Source of the DNA: Botryllus schlosseri
Lineage: Eukaryota
Direction of reading: 5' to 3'
NCBI GenBank assembly: GCA_051294905.1
Contig: CM119372.1
Coordinates: 11,844,001-11,908,000, forward strand
DNA: 64,000 nt
Positions within the stretch are counted from its first letter, which is position 1, and the number at the start of each line of letters is the position of its first letter. The notes under the pieces are model-generated. The model saw only the letters and a program-made list of their open reading frames with translations. It was not told the DNA's origin and searched no databases. This document shows positions 1 through 15,000 of the stretch, one piece after another. The translations under genes and the position numbers were made by a program.

Positions 1-93
1 GTCTGTGATATTAAATTATTTTAAATCCATGCGAAGATTTTGAAGTTATTGAATCTGAATTGAACATAATATTAATACCATAAACTCTTACAG

Positions 94-3000
94 TTCAACT
101 ACCAAAAATCCGCTAAGAAGAATCTCGGAGATGTGCATTACAATGTGACGTTGACCGAAGCGTACAAAGACCTGAAAGACAAGGAAAAACTATCTGACGT
201 ATGACGATATTTCACATCCAGCACAACGAGATTAAAATTCACACTCCGTTTTTGCAGCATGCATACAAAGAACATCCGTCGAAGGTTTTGTTCACGCAAA
301 TCGCAGACGCTCCGGACGTCAAACACGCGAAGGCGGTGCAAGCGTTGACGAGTTACTCGTTCTACAAAAATGCAGCGAAGAAAATGATGGATAAGTACAA
401 CTTGACCATCGACGACCAGCACACAACGCATGCATTGCTTGCCAGTAAGGTAAGTGACCGTGAATACTTCAATTTTTCTGAAATATCACTTTTTATAAGT
501 TTCTTTATTTGACGGAGGAAATTTTCGAATTGACAGAGTGCATTTAAAAAAAATTCTTGAGCCTTGCATTATTGGAGTTCTGTTAGAATACAAAAATAAA
601 TAAAAATCATCGGTATCAGTTTATTAATATTTTCATCGTATCATAACATCACAAGACTGTAACACAATGAAAATATAGGGTCAAAGTTGTTTCAATACAG
701 TGTTCTAGATTTGTGAGTGCAAAACAACTTTCCACTTTGTATCTTTCAATACCTAATTAAACAACCCGGCGGTTTATAAAATGAAATAATTTTTCGAAGC
801 TCTTCTCCGGTGTCAACTACAAGAGCGATTATGACAAGAACGTCAAAGGAACAATGCTGGCAAAAACAATGGAAAGCTATCCAGAGCATCAGAACGCCAT
901 GAAAGCTTCGAAGAATCTAAGTCAGGTAAGTTGCTGGAATCATGAAGATAAGATTATATTTATGTTGAATGCTCTTGAATATTTGCATGACAACTAACGG
1001 AATAACATCTCAGGTGGAATACCAGAAAATGGCCGACGAGTTGAAACACTTCTACTCTCTTCCCGTTGACATGCCGTCAATCACTCACGCCAGGCAGGTC
1101 GCTGAAATGCAAAGCAATGTAAGTATGGTGGTAAGCTGTAAAAATCCTGTCGTAATGAACCTTGTGTTTAGATAAACTATGTGAAATCGCGCAAAGAAGT
1201 CATTGACGGGTTTCGAGGATTTCAGACCATGGACAGCAAAACACATCCCGTCGTGCAGCGGGGAATTAAAGCGGCTGATTTGATTTCCGAGGTTGGTAAT
1301 ATTGTGGATGTCGCCAGCAAGTTCTTGGTGCTTAGTGCTCGAGAGTGTCTTCTTCACTTTTCTGTTGTACAAGACTTTTAATAGATTTGCATTTCTTCTA
1401 TATGGGGCTAGTGATGTAGCTGCTGTAGGAATGAATATGGTTTCAAAGTAACATTTTTTACCTCATCCCATGGTAACCTTGAACATTTTTGGAGTTCCAC
1501 ATAGATAAAATGTTTCTAGGAACAATTGTATGGCTCATTGTTTCAAGTATCCTTTCAACTTTAGCACTTAGCTCTCACTAATATTTCATCATGCGCAGGA
1601 TATTTCACACCAAACATAGAAACTGATGTCATTTTGTATTCTCAGCGCAAATACAAGGAGGAATATTTGGCCGATCGAAATCTAATCTACTATCCAGTCC
1701 ATCTCACTCCGGGATACGAGGCTTCCACGAGTGCTAGCAAATTTGCCAGTGATGTAAGAAAATATGTGCGGCACACTCATACATGTAATATTAAGCTCTG
1801 TAATACAGGCTGATTACAAGAAATCGTACAGAAGCGAACTGTCAAACTATCACAACTTTCCGGCAGAGCAGACTCCGACGTACAAATCCGCTAAAGAACA
1901 CGATGAATTAACTAATGAAGTCGGTATTTGTATTTCTGCAAAGTCAAGCAAGCGTCAGTAATGTCAATGCCATTCTTGTTTAGAAACGATACAGGCAGAA
2001 GAACGAGCATTTCAGCCAAGTGCCGGATATGAATGAAACTAGAGTACTGAAAGAAGTGCAGCCGCTAATAAGTCAGGTAAACTGTCTTGTATAAAGCGGA
2101 AGAAGCCAAATCATAAAACAATCACACTACTATGTGATATACAAGCTATAGTGCTATTTTGCAATAGTCGGTAGCCATAGAGACCAAACAAATCAAGGTG
2201 GATTCATTCCATGCACAATTTCCATGGAACTTGACTCACACTGGCCTCTGAATACTCTTTTTATGGATTCTTATTTTACTCTATTTGTAACTGTCCTCGT
2301 ATATTTCAGTTCGAGAGCAAATGATCAAATCATTACAATAGGAGCATTGCATCGGGAAAAGTTGTGATTTGGGGCAAATTGTTGTTCTGGCTACCTATTT
2401 CTCTACGCCATTTTGCAGTATATTTTGGTTCAGTATCTGTATTTATTATTCATGCTCATGCATACCCAATACATTTTTGCAGAAAAATTACAAAGAGAAG
2501 GCGAAGGAATTGCTGGGAAAATATCACCTGACGGCAGAGATTCCAGAAATTGCTCATGCGTTATACGTCACTGATATTCTCTCACCGGTAAAACACACAT
2601 TGTCAATTTGTTTTTCGCTAATTCACCGTTACCGCTTACCATTGTCAGATCAACTACCATTCAAAATACGCCAAGGATTTGAAAGGTAAACCTGCACGAG
2701 GATTGGAAAAATCGGAATACTTTGCTCAAATCAAGAAAGCCACAGAACTGACGAGCGATGTAAGCCGTAATCTCTGTTGCTTGCACGGGTGTCAACGTTA
2801 ACCTTTGAGAATTACAGAAATCCTACGTGAATGACGCGAAACGGTCTATGAACGATTACACGTTGGATGGCAATTTACCTTCGATCGAGCAAGCCCAGAT
2901 TGCGTCGAGGCAGTACAGTGATGTATGTGTAGTGTGAGCAAACTATAACGGAGCACGTCTCGACGATTTTTTTCTTACAGATTTTGTACAAGAAAGGCGC

Positions 3001-6000
3001 AAATGAAGACAGAGAGAAAGGATCTCATTATCATAAAATGACAGCAAAGGAAGTGCCTTCGTATGAAAAAGCGCTTCAAAACGCTTCCAATCTCAGCGAC
3101 GTAAAATATCCTTTCCCGATACGATTCTCATTTGCTCGCTCCGTGACATGCATTCTAATTGCAGACCAAGTACAAGGAGGAATACAATGATATCAAAAAG
3201 TATGTATACTTTCCCTACCACATCACCCCACAGTATGAAAAGTACATGGAAGTTAGCAAGCTTATTGCTGGGGTAAGACGCCATGAGTTCAGTGTATAAT
3301 ACGTCACTGCAAGTAACAAGGATGAAATGGTAATTTAGAGCGAATACACGAAAGACATGAAGAGCAATCTGAAGCAGCTCAACTACGACTACACAACTGT
3401 GCCAGGATACCTGCATCAAAAGGCTTTATCTGATGTTATTAGCTCGGTAAGTAGGTTCTGGGAAAAGTCTGTAATATTTCATGAAGATTTGTATTTTGAT
3501 TTTGTCTTCACTCCGTCACTAGTAGATTCAATAGAGTCAGTGTCATCTAGTCTAATTTTATATTCAGCATAAAGACAAGGCCATCCTGCACGAACTGCAT
3601 ACAAAAGGATTTACCCCGATCGCAGACGATGTCTATCAAAGTCATGCTCTTGAAGCCCAGAAAAGAGTTGGTAATGTGAGTATAATTCCGATTGATACAA
3701 AGTAAATTGGGATTCGAATATAATCTCAAGATATGTGTACCATTAAGAATTTGTACAAGCTCGCGGCCAGAAAAGTCATGGATCAATATCACATTGACGG
3801 CGAACTTCCAGAAATCAAAATGGCAGAATTCGCATCGAAGCTGTCCAGCCAAGTGAGTGTTCAGTGTTTGTAGATATACATGCAGATATGTAGAAAAATA
3901 ACTGTTTTATCTGTGCTTCAGCGTGTCTACAAAGCCGATTTTGAAAAAGCGAAAGGCACCGCGGGCAAGCTTGGATTGGACATGCCAATGTTTGAACTGG
4001 CGAAGCGTGTCAAGGATTATTCTAGCGAGGTGACTGATCCACAGTGTCAATACTTTGTTATTTCACGTATTTACTGCACGAGTCGATATGTAGATTGTCA
4101 GGCCCCTATTTTAATATTGATCTTAATTTAGCGGTAGCTTGGTACCTAACGTCACAATTAATTCAGATCACTGCTAAAACATCCATTCCACTTCCAAGTC
4201 TTGTCAGATTTTTTCAAGTATGTCGGATCGATTTACTGTTGGCATGGTGCTCAGCCTGCGTGTTGGGCTGTGTCCTTAAATCAACTAATTACAACCCGGC
4301 ATACAGTGATTTAAACACTAGTAAATAGATATGTATTTTTCCTTTTACTTGATACAGCGCAATTTCTTTGTGCACTGCTACACCAATAATTATGCGAATT
4401 TTGATCACTTGTAAGAATGTCTATGAGATATCTGTGGCGTTGATATTTTCAATGCCACTTATTTTGAAGCAAAATTCAGAACCCAGTGCCGTTACAGTTA
4501 TTTGGCGGTCGCGTTACCTAAGTAATAGGACCTTGTGATAGCAGTTTCAATTCAACATGCGCTTTTTTGTACAGACCGCTTACAAACAGAAAGCAGAGGA
4601 AGAAAAACATTTTTTCACCGTATTCCCTGACAGGCCGGACATCGTACATGCAAAAGAAGTGGATAAAAATATTAGTAATGTGAGTTAATCTTATGTTAAT
4701 TATTATCTAGCACCTGTAAGGAGTCATTTTTGCTCGTTCTTAACACTACATTGGACAACATGCTCTTGCAGATTCTCTATAAGCAGAAGGGTAAAGAGCA
4801 ATCGGCCACGTGTCAAGGTTACCAGCGTTTGAAAGCGCTCGACCACCGCGATGTGGCGCACGCTATCAAGGTTGCAGACCTGATTTCGGACTCAAAATAC
4901 AAGGAAGAATACAACGAGCTGCGGAATATCATTTATTTCCCTGTGCATTTGACAACAGGGTATGATAACTTCTATAATGCTGTTATTTCCTGTTGTGAGA
5001 CCAAATTCTGTGATTTCGTGTGAAATGTGACCTCTAGAATAGAAGCATCAGCGTATTTGAATAGAGCCGCCCTCTTCATTCGTGTTTATTCATTTTCAGA
5101 TACGAGACCGCCGTAAATGCCAATAAATACGCGTCCGATGCGACCTATAAAGCAAAATGGAAAGCCGACAGATTCATGAACTCATTCAAAGTCAATGAAA
5201 CCGAAGCTTACAAACACGACCGCTCTATGCATGAAAAAATCAGCGACGTATGTATCGTACAGTAGCATTAACCGGTAAAATGAAGCTTGTATGTACTTAC
5301 TGTCACATCTTCCTAGATTGCATACAAGGCCAAGTACCGGGCTGATGTCGGAAAATGTCCCTACATCACTGAGACTCCAGCGCTATCTCATCACAAAGAC
5401 ATGAAGTCACTGTTCAGCGAGGTATGGGCATGAGCAATAGATCGATTCTCTAGTTACAAACTGAATTAAAGTTGTGATTGGCCAGTAAGGATGTCTACAT
5501 GTTTCCAAGTTAATTTGGGTTCCAACGGGACATTTATGACAGGAATATGAAATGACAATGACTACTCGATACAATAGAGTCTGTAACGTCATTGCAATGG
5601 TAACAATACGCTATTATATTTGAGATCTCAAAACATCCATGAAGTTGAAATTAGGTAATGAAATGGAGTTAATTCAATGCAAAAATTAGTGACATTCATA
5701 GGTTGAAGAATTTGGCTTTAACTGCACTAATGAATCATAACAGATTAATGAGGTTTGCATATGACAAATTTGAAGTTACACTAATCAATTTTCCATCTTA
5801 GAATGCATACAGAAGTGACGCCAAAAGTATTATGGACAAATATAACCTTGTCAGCGACGAGCCCAGAATAAAACAAGCATTGCATGCTACCGCTTTGGCA
5901 AGTGAGGTGAGCACGCTCATGAATGGAAACTGCAATGTCATGAACAACTATATTTGCAAATCTTCTCTGTCCAGAAAATATACAGATATGCGTACGACAT

Positions 6001-9000
6001 GCTTAAAGGGCAAGGTGCTGTCAACATTCACGAAACTCCGTTGATGAAACAGCAGCTGTTAGCGACGTCGTTACGCGATGACGTAATGCCTTTCTCATTG
6101 GACATAAATTATTTCCTTCACAATACCTATTCGATTTAGAAACCGTACAGATCTACTGCCCGTAAATTGCTTGAAACTGTCCGCATCCCAGAAGACACAA
6201 GCGAAATCAAACACGCGACTTCGGTAGGCAAACTTGTCAGCGATGTAAGTTCAAGTGTATTTCTCTGTCGTTATAATGATTTTGAAAACGGCGGCTTGAT
6301 TTATTTAGCTGGTGTACAAGGCTGAAGGTGGCAAAAATGACCTTCACGGTTACAAGAAGTTGCAGATAAAGCAAGACTTCACGCAAAATCATTTGGAAAA
6401 ACAGAGAGATATCCATTCCGAGGTTCCGAAATTAAAGCCCGTTGCCATGAGCGTGTGCCATTTGACTATGCAGCTCGTGATTTGGATTGGATGGTCATTA
6501 TGTGCAAGTGCATGCATGCATCGATACAGGTTGCGTTACGGATGATGGTTTGGAAACCTTTGCAAGGCGGAACCAAGAAAAAAAAGATCATACCCTTCGA
6601 TTATGAGCATTGCGATGGAGTTGTGATGGGAATGGCACCACCCCCTTCTGGCTAAGGCCCTGTGTGTCGGGATTAAAATTTTGCATTCACCTTGATTTTG
6701 TTTTGCAGTGACCGAGTGGAAAGCATCATTTGCATCTGTCTCTCTCTTTCTGTCTGACTTCTATATTTGACATATCCGGCTTGTTTTCGTTGGCTTTGGC
6801 TAGTTTAGGTGTAGTGTGAGGAGAGGTGCCGATACATGTGTCTTGTATAGGTAAACTACAAAAAGGAATTCGAGGAGCAGAAAGGCCATAACATACCTGT
6901 TGCGGAGACGCCGGATACTGTGCGCGTGAAGAATCAACAGAAATTCCTGAGTGATGTAAGACCATATTCTACTTTAAAGTGTATGGCTATGTCTAAAGCA
7001 TTTGCCGGGTATTTTAATGCCTTGAATATCACCGTAGCTTTTTTTTCATTTTTAAATGTTGCAAATGCTCGTAACTATTGACGACATGTTCAATTTTGTA
7101 GAGAATTCTACGTCAATTCTATGCTCCAATTTATCCTTGCTTCTTTTCTTCCACAGTGTCTTTTTTTCCATTTTGTTCAACGTTGCAAATTTTCATAATT
7201 ATTGATGACATATTTGTTCGTTGGCGAATATTGTATGCCATTTCTGTGCTTTAAATGATTCAGTTTTCTCGCTGCGTATTCAGTGCAATTCGTGCCTTCA
7301 AGTTTGTGATATATTTTCAAGGCGGTTTATAAAAAAGACGTGGAAAAAGAAATTAAGGGGCACGGCCTCACCACCGACAGTACCCCTCAGATAGTCCATG
7401 CCAAACATGCTACCGAAATCCAAAGTGAGGTAATTCACACATGGATTGAGCATGCTGTGTTTCATTGGATGTGGTTTTTCTTAATTTTTGAGATTTTGAT
7501 TGCGCGAATCTTTCATTTTGTCAAATCACAATTTTGAGTGCTTTTTACGGTTTTTCATTTGTAATGATGAGTGATATTTTGTGATCATTGCAAGCATGAC
7601 TTTGAAATTGAAGAAACTGCATGGACGACTTGGACAATAGATCACCCGAGGTAAGACATATGATAGTGTGTGTGTGGATCCTAATAGGACAGACTCCTCT
7701 ACAATCACCATAAACCAGTTTCAATTTCACTATGCCTTTTTATCCCTAAAATATTCATGGTGACAGCATGCATGATATCCTATTAATGCATCTCTGAAAG
7801 AAATGAATGTTTGAGAACTGGGTCGAATATGTTGGGCTTTTGTAGACGTTAAAACACATGCTTTTCCCAGCAAAAATACAAGACTGGCCTGGAAGATATC
7901 AGCCAATGGAAAAGCGGAGAAGCACTAAACACTCCTATCGCTCGAAAAGTCACCCAAAATAAAGACCTCTACAGTCAGGTATTGAAGTTTGTACACAAAG
8001 CATTCCATTTTACCATACCGTTTGTCCACTCTGATAGCACAAATACAGAGAAGCGTACGACAATTTGAAAGGATCGGGATGTGACGTGGTAACCCCGGCG
8101 ATGGCTTTTGCGCAAGACGTCTCGAAAGTATGGCACGAATTGATATCACCTATACGAGTGACACTATTCTTATGTGACTCTGTATTATTCTAGCTTACAA
8201 GCGAAAATAAATACAAAGAGCTGTATAATGAGACGAAGGGAAACTCTTGCTTCAGCACAATGGATTCGACCCCTCAAACGGAGCATGCGCGGGAAGTCGA
8301 AGCAAAAATCAGTGATGTTTGTATCGGTTTTAGTATTGGCATATTATAATAGATGGTGATCAAAAATGAATTATTTCCACCTTACATGAGTGCATGTAAA
8401 ATAGGACCGTTCAAATTTTCCAAATTTCAGTTGCACTAGAATTAACAATTATCAAGTGCCTAAAAAAACGCTGCACACCAGATTTGTTCAATTCCAACCT
8501 GTAGCCGCAGAATAACTCCAACGTGAAATTTCAACCATTTTATGAAATAATAGTATTTGAAGAGCTTCTTGGTGAGCTTCTTGTGTGCCTTGGAATCAAC
8601 TTTTATCAAAATACACCAACCAAAACTCTGTCAACAAAAGGAGTTCGTGTATCACCTAAAAATAGTACATTGAACGCTCTCTCATTCGAAATTTCATGCT
8701 GGTGACGTCATATTTTGTGATACGATTGTTGATATACAATGTTCTTTCCAATTCTCTACTAGTTGCTGACGATTACCCCTGACAAGTGTCAGCCGAAAAT
8801 ATTCGGGTTCATTTCAATATGAATATACTATTTAATTGAAATAATAGTATTTATATTTTCAAATTTTACTTCACCATGACAATGATGCTTTTTTTCAAGC
8901 GTTGCCATCTGAAGATTTCATCTGTGATAGAGTTTGGATAAAGACATAGCTAATTCACGAAAAACAAATTAACACACTGTTTATCTGGAAATTAATCAAC

Positions 9001-12000
9001 TTAATGAAAACAACAGTGATATAGTCGACATATAATATATTTTATACCACTGAAATTGGCGACCACACAAAGCAAATGAGCTGAGAAACAGATATAATAC
9101 AAGTAAAGTTTTTAACACCCCTCCTAGTCTACAATTTACTTACGTAAAGGAAGGTGATTTAGATTTATGCTACTTCCGTGCTACTGTTACCCGACAAGCC
9201 GTTTATACAGCAATGTTTGCAAGATAGCATATAACACTCAAAAGGTTAACCATAATACTTACAACGTCCGAACAAAACTTTCTCAGTAATAACGACAAGC
9301 TTTTTACGTCACTAATATTCAGATATCTTCTATATTTTGTGTGCCTCTTCTACTAGAAGTTAAGAAAGGGTTTATCGGGTCGACTTTGATGAACAATTTA
9401 ACACCGTTGATTGCATAACTCAGATCAAGTACCGGGAGCAACACCAACAGGAAGACGTCGGAAAATCGTCCGAACTCAATAATTCCGTTCTCATCAACGC
9501 CAACCTAAAAGCGACAGATTTGCAAAGCAACGTATGCAAGTACACAAATACCGTTTGTGCCGAATTGTCTAAAACGCCTTGCTTTATGACAGCTGAAGTA
9601 CGCCAAGCAATTGGCAGAAGCCATCGAGCAGTACAAAGGATATTTCCAGAATATCATAGACACGCCTTCGATCAAGCACGTGCAAAAGGTGTGTGCTTTT
9701 CTTTGTGTGCCCCTTGACCACTCCGGTCAAACCCGGTTCAAAATTTTTTGTCTTTAGGTTCGAGACTTGCTGAGCGAAGCGAAATATCGTGAGGATTACG
9801 AGAACGAAAAATCGGTCATCTACTTTCCATACATCGTCACGCCGGAATATGTGTCGCGGAAAAAAGCCAGTGAGCTGCTCAGCAATGTATGGCGAAACTG
9901 ATCCGATTGGATGCGGCCGTTTTAACGTGGGCTTGTTTTGTTAGAACGTTTATAAAAGCAAGGCCGAGACGGAAAAGTCACATTTCACACTTCCGGTGGA
10001 CATGCCAAGTCTTGTTCATGCGAAGGAAGCCAACGAAATACTATCAGACGTGAGTTGCAACAGATTGGATTGTAATTGGCACGATTACTATTGTATTAGA
10101 CACAATTTTGAATAGCACCTGTGTCAATGAGTTTCTATTCTTCATATGTACTAGAATACTCATACATTCATTTGTTTAATATTTTCATCAGTTTGAAACA
10201 CCACAAGATTGTGATAAAATAACTTGCAGTAGTCTTTTATTCAGACCTTGCCCTAGAACATATATAAAAGTCAAAATGATATTTTTTTGTGTGTGAAACT
10301 TTATTGTGAGGAAGTAAGTATGCGCGATTACTACACCCGTACAAATTTGTTCCAATTATGTGTTGTGTTTTCAATTTTTTAGATTCCAGTCGTTACTATG
10401 TTATTTCGTATTACACCGGTACACACGTTTCTGTTTTGTAATGTTCTGTCACCAGGTTGGCAATCGCTTTGATCATGAACTAATGGTGGATGTTAGATTG
10501 ATAGACCGTATTTGGTCATTTGGACATCCTATCTATTCATTGCGTCTTGAGAGAATGGAAATGATATAGCCGCTGATTATGATTATTTTTATGCACGTAA
10601 CAACACCTAATGGAGCATTGTTCCGATTAGATCAACTACAAAAAAGCTTACGACATGGAAAAGGGTAAAGCAGTAACAATCACAGGAATGGCCGATCTCC
10701 CAGAGCTGCTGCACGCGAAGAAAATGCAGACTCTCTTCAGCGATCAGAACTACAAGTCAAAAAGTAAAAAGATCCGTGACAAATACCATTTGGACGTCGC
10801 CACTCCACAGATTCTCAATGCAAAACGGGCCAACGACCTTGCCAGCAAGGTATATATTGATATTAGTGCATTTGTTAGGGTGCAGAGCTTTGATATGTAT
10901 TTCAATAATAATTTCATATTGAAAATAGATGAAAACTAGAAGCTTTAATATAACTGCACTACTTACAACCAATTAAGATGTCACAAAAAAATATATGTTA
11001 TGTACAGTCGAACCGAGAGCACAACTACGGACCGATTTTCAGCTTGAACTAGAATTCCATCCGCTAACACTAGGGTTACCATATTTTGGAATCGAGAAAG
11101 GGGGACACAAATCATAAAAGTCGGTTGACAGAAATTGAAAACAGCTGATTTTGTAATATTTACTGGAAAACATGGTCTGTTGACTAAAAAAAAAACTTTC
11201 ATTCACTTTCATTTCACTTTCATTCCACTCCCGAACGACCCGCTCGAACGTCGGTGTCACCTATTTCACGTCATTTATGACGATTTTCACTTGACTCTGT
11301 CCATTATCCTAGCTGTAAAAGCTGTAAAGAATTGCCAAAAAAGAAGGACATTTAGGCGTCCTCCGAGGATATTTTCAATTTCCTTAATAAGGAGGACCAA
11401 TCCTCTTAAAGGACGACGTATGGTAACCCTACCTAACACAGACGGGGTTGGCCCTCTCTGTTTGCCTGTGTTTTGTGTTGCATTTGTTTCTTTTGATGCA
11501 TTTTCAAAACGAGTATATCATTAAATGTATATTAGCGTGTTGCATTACGGAAATAGTGAATCCTTGTTTTCTTTTATCAGAATCTTTACAAGGAGGCGTA
11601 CAAGAGGGACAAGGGTCAACCGTACGATGTCAGCGACTCGGTAGAAATGAATCACCTCAAGAAATTGCCAGATCAGACCAGTGATGTAAGGTGGAAATAT
11701 TGTGCTTTGCAATGTATAGAAACTTGATCGTTAGATTAGTATCGTGATGAAATATTTTAGTCTACACATTACGATATGTATTTACGATTTGTTCAGATAA
11801 AGTACAAGCAAGACTTGATCTTGTCAAGAGGCAAAGTCATTCAAGTTCCGGATACTCCTTGGATTCTATCATTTCGGCAAGTTCAGGATTATGTTAGCAA
11901 CGTAAGTCCGATTATGTTTTGATCTCGCGCTGCCATACTTGTAGTAACGTTGATTTTTCGCGAGAGCAGTGGTGTTACACTCTTGAGTTGGCAATCTTGA

Positions 12001-15000
12001 GTTGCTCGAACTATTCGAGACTAATCGACATCTCTATCAAATTCAAGAGTAGGGAAATTATATTTATGAAAAGTGCATGTTTCAAAGAAACATTGTGACG
12101 ACACTAGCATATCTCCGTGGCACAGATTGAAATTTCAAATATGCCAGCTCTTCGTATGTTTGCGTAGAACAATTACGGAAAGAAGCGTTGGGATTTGAAA
12201 AGTCGATACCAACCCGACAAGTTCAACGCGCATATCAAAAAGGTGACCGACAATATCAGCGATCTGAGGTCAGTAAACCGCCCATTTTACCCCCCACGTT
12301 ATCACACTGATATCACCGCTATTTCAGGTACAAAGAAGACTTTGATGAGTATTTCAAAGGAAATCTCATTCCAATCCCTGACCACCCGTTGGTATTGAAG
12401 GCGTTGCGTAATTCCGACCTTATCAGCAAGGTGACTTACTATGATAAATTATCATCGATGTTAACGTCTTGAAAATCGACAATCGGCATTTAGAAAAAGT
12501 ATAAAGACAAAGCGGTCAAGGACCACCAGCATTATATATTCGTTCCGGACACGCCGCAATACAAAGCCATACGAGATGCCGCTAAATATCTCAGCGATAT
12601 CACCTACAAGGAAGAAGGGGAGAAGACCAGAAACCAGTTCACATTGCCCGCGGACTTGCCGGTATTCAAGCACGCGAAAGATGCTCAATTGCTCACCAGT
12701 GATGTAAACAGATTGTTTCTCTAAAATTACTGTCAACGGTACTCATATTGCGATTCCATATCAGACCGCGTACAGCAAAGACGCAAAAGCAAAAATGTCT
12801 ACTGAATACATTATACCACCCGAAGGCACATCGACAATGCGTCATCATAAACTTGCATCCGCTCTTGCTAGCGATGTCGATTACAAAGAAAAAGGTGGGC
12901 CCATTATTTCTCCATATATATGAGTCTATGTGAGGTAACTAAGTACTATAGCATATGAAGGTAGTGACATTTTACTCACCACTACCTGAAATCTTTAAAA
13001 TTTGTGTTGTTGCAAGTGGAAAGAGAAATTGAAGGTGTGATAAGTACTCAAGTAATTACCTCTGGTTAAACCTCATTCCACACGAATTTACTGCTGTTAC
13101 CGCCCCAGTTGTTATAAAATCCCCATTCAGGCAAGTAACGGTTATTACATTTACAATTTTAGCGGAAGAAATGAAGCATTTGCCACGAGCTTATAGCACA
13201 CTTCAAGAAACGAGAGACACAAAGCATGCGAAAGAAATTGGCAGGCTACAGAGCAATGTGAGTGTCTGATGTCATTCTGACAGTAGTATGCTTTTGTCTC
13301 AGGTTATGTCCCTATAACGCTATCGATTACATACAAAAATCGAATCCATTTAGATTAGCTACAAATCTTCTGCAAAGAAAGGATTGCAGCACATCCACCC
13401 TTCAGCTGAAACGCCCTGGCTTCAGCAAGCCAAAGAGGCCAACGATAATGTCAGCGAGGTAAGTAATTCCTGCAGAATTAAGAGAGAATATATATTATAT
13501 TACACTCTTGGAAGTGGTAATGTCACACTGAACGAATAGCAGCAGCTAAGGGAATTTATCAGAGAGATATCAGTAAAATTTCTAATGCAAATAGCTGTCT
13601 GCACAATAATAATAATAGTTGGAACACAAGTATTTATTGCAGTCACATCTATTTGTTGTTGGAACATATCCAGTATACCACATTAATTCGAATAACATAG
13701 TCCAGACAAGTAATGTAATGCCTGTTTTATGTCATGTGTAATACCGGCAGTCTGTCAAGACACTCGAGTCTCACACCTTCACTGCTTACTATTCCAGACT
13801 AAGTACAAAGCCAAAGACAAAGATCTGATACACAGTTACAAAATGAAGGATGGCGAAGACCGCTTCATAAAGCACGCCTTGGAGGTTAGAAGCGTACTGT
13901 TATATGTTGAATTTGGCTCGCAACCGTGCAATGAATTTAGGTTCGAGATAAAGTCAGCAGTGTGAAGTATAAGGAAAAGTACTTAGAGGACGTCGGAATA
14001 TGCTGGTGCCTGCCGACGGACAGGAATACCGATCATGCAAAACGGGCAAATGAACTCGCCAGTTCTGTAAGTCTTATTTCGATGACAATTGTCACCCCAT
14101 ATGCGATTAAAGGCTGTTTAACTTACATATCGAGAGATATGTTCTAGAAATTAGGGTCAGCAAAAGAATCGTTTGTGGTTATCTATGAATTGCACTTTTC
14201 TGTCTGTACGTGACTGTGCAATGTGCATATCAATATCTCTGAGATTGCTGTATTTACCTACTGAAAGCACACCGAGCGGCATTCTCATGCGAAAAGAAGC
14301 ACCGCCAACAATATTCTCACTGACTACTGCTTTTTAGAATGAATACAAGCGTAAAGCCCAACAACTGAAAGGGAAATACCACATCACGACTGACACTCCG
14401 GAATTTGAAAGGCTGCGCAAGCTTCGAAGCGAATTGAGCGAGGTAAATTCGATCCTGTCAAGCCAGGAAAAGTTGATGATACAATTATCCATGCCATATC
14501 CGTTTATAGAGTCAGTACCGAGATGAAGTGAAAAAATTCACAATATTGGCCGCGACTCCTGAACTGCAACATGCCACGAAAGTGTCTTCGTTAGTAAGCA
14601 AGGTAACATGACAAGAAATTATTCATTAGGATAGCTGAGGAAGCATTTGAAAGTGTGTCCAAGCGCTGATATTTTACCATGAACTATCATCATTGACCTG
14701 AATACACAGTATATTATTACATTTTCAGACTATTTACAAATTTGACATTGTCACTCCCTTTGTTGTGCCGTAACCCGACACTTGTCACAGAATTAAACCG
14801 CAAAGAACATTGCTACCTGAAATTATTTACTGTATGGAGTGTTTAAGCAAGACCAGCATTGAAACGATTGACTTTATCACGACGAGTGTGAAGTGTTTTT
14901 TGATGTCACTATGTCGCAATGTTTGGAAATGACTGAATTTATTTGAAAAATCTTGATTCCATCTACAGAACAAATACAAGGAAACTCACGAGAAGGAAAA

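Noticed and set aside
7595..7650. AG...GTAAG-bounded stretch that looks like an extra nebulin exon
   Set aside because: 56 nt, so frame-breaking, and no nebulin module similarity.
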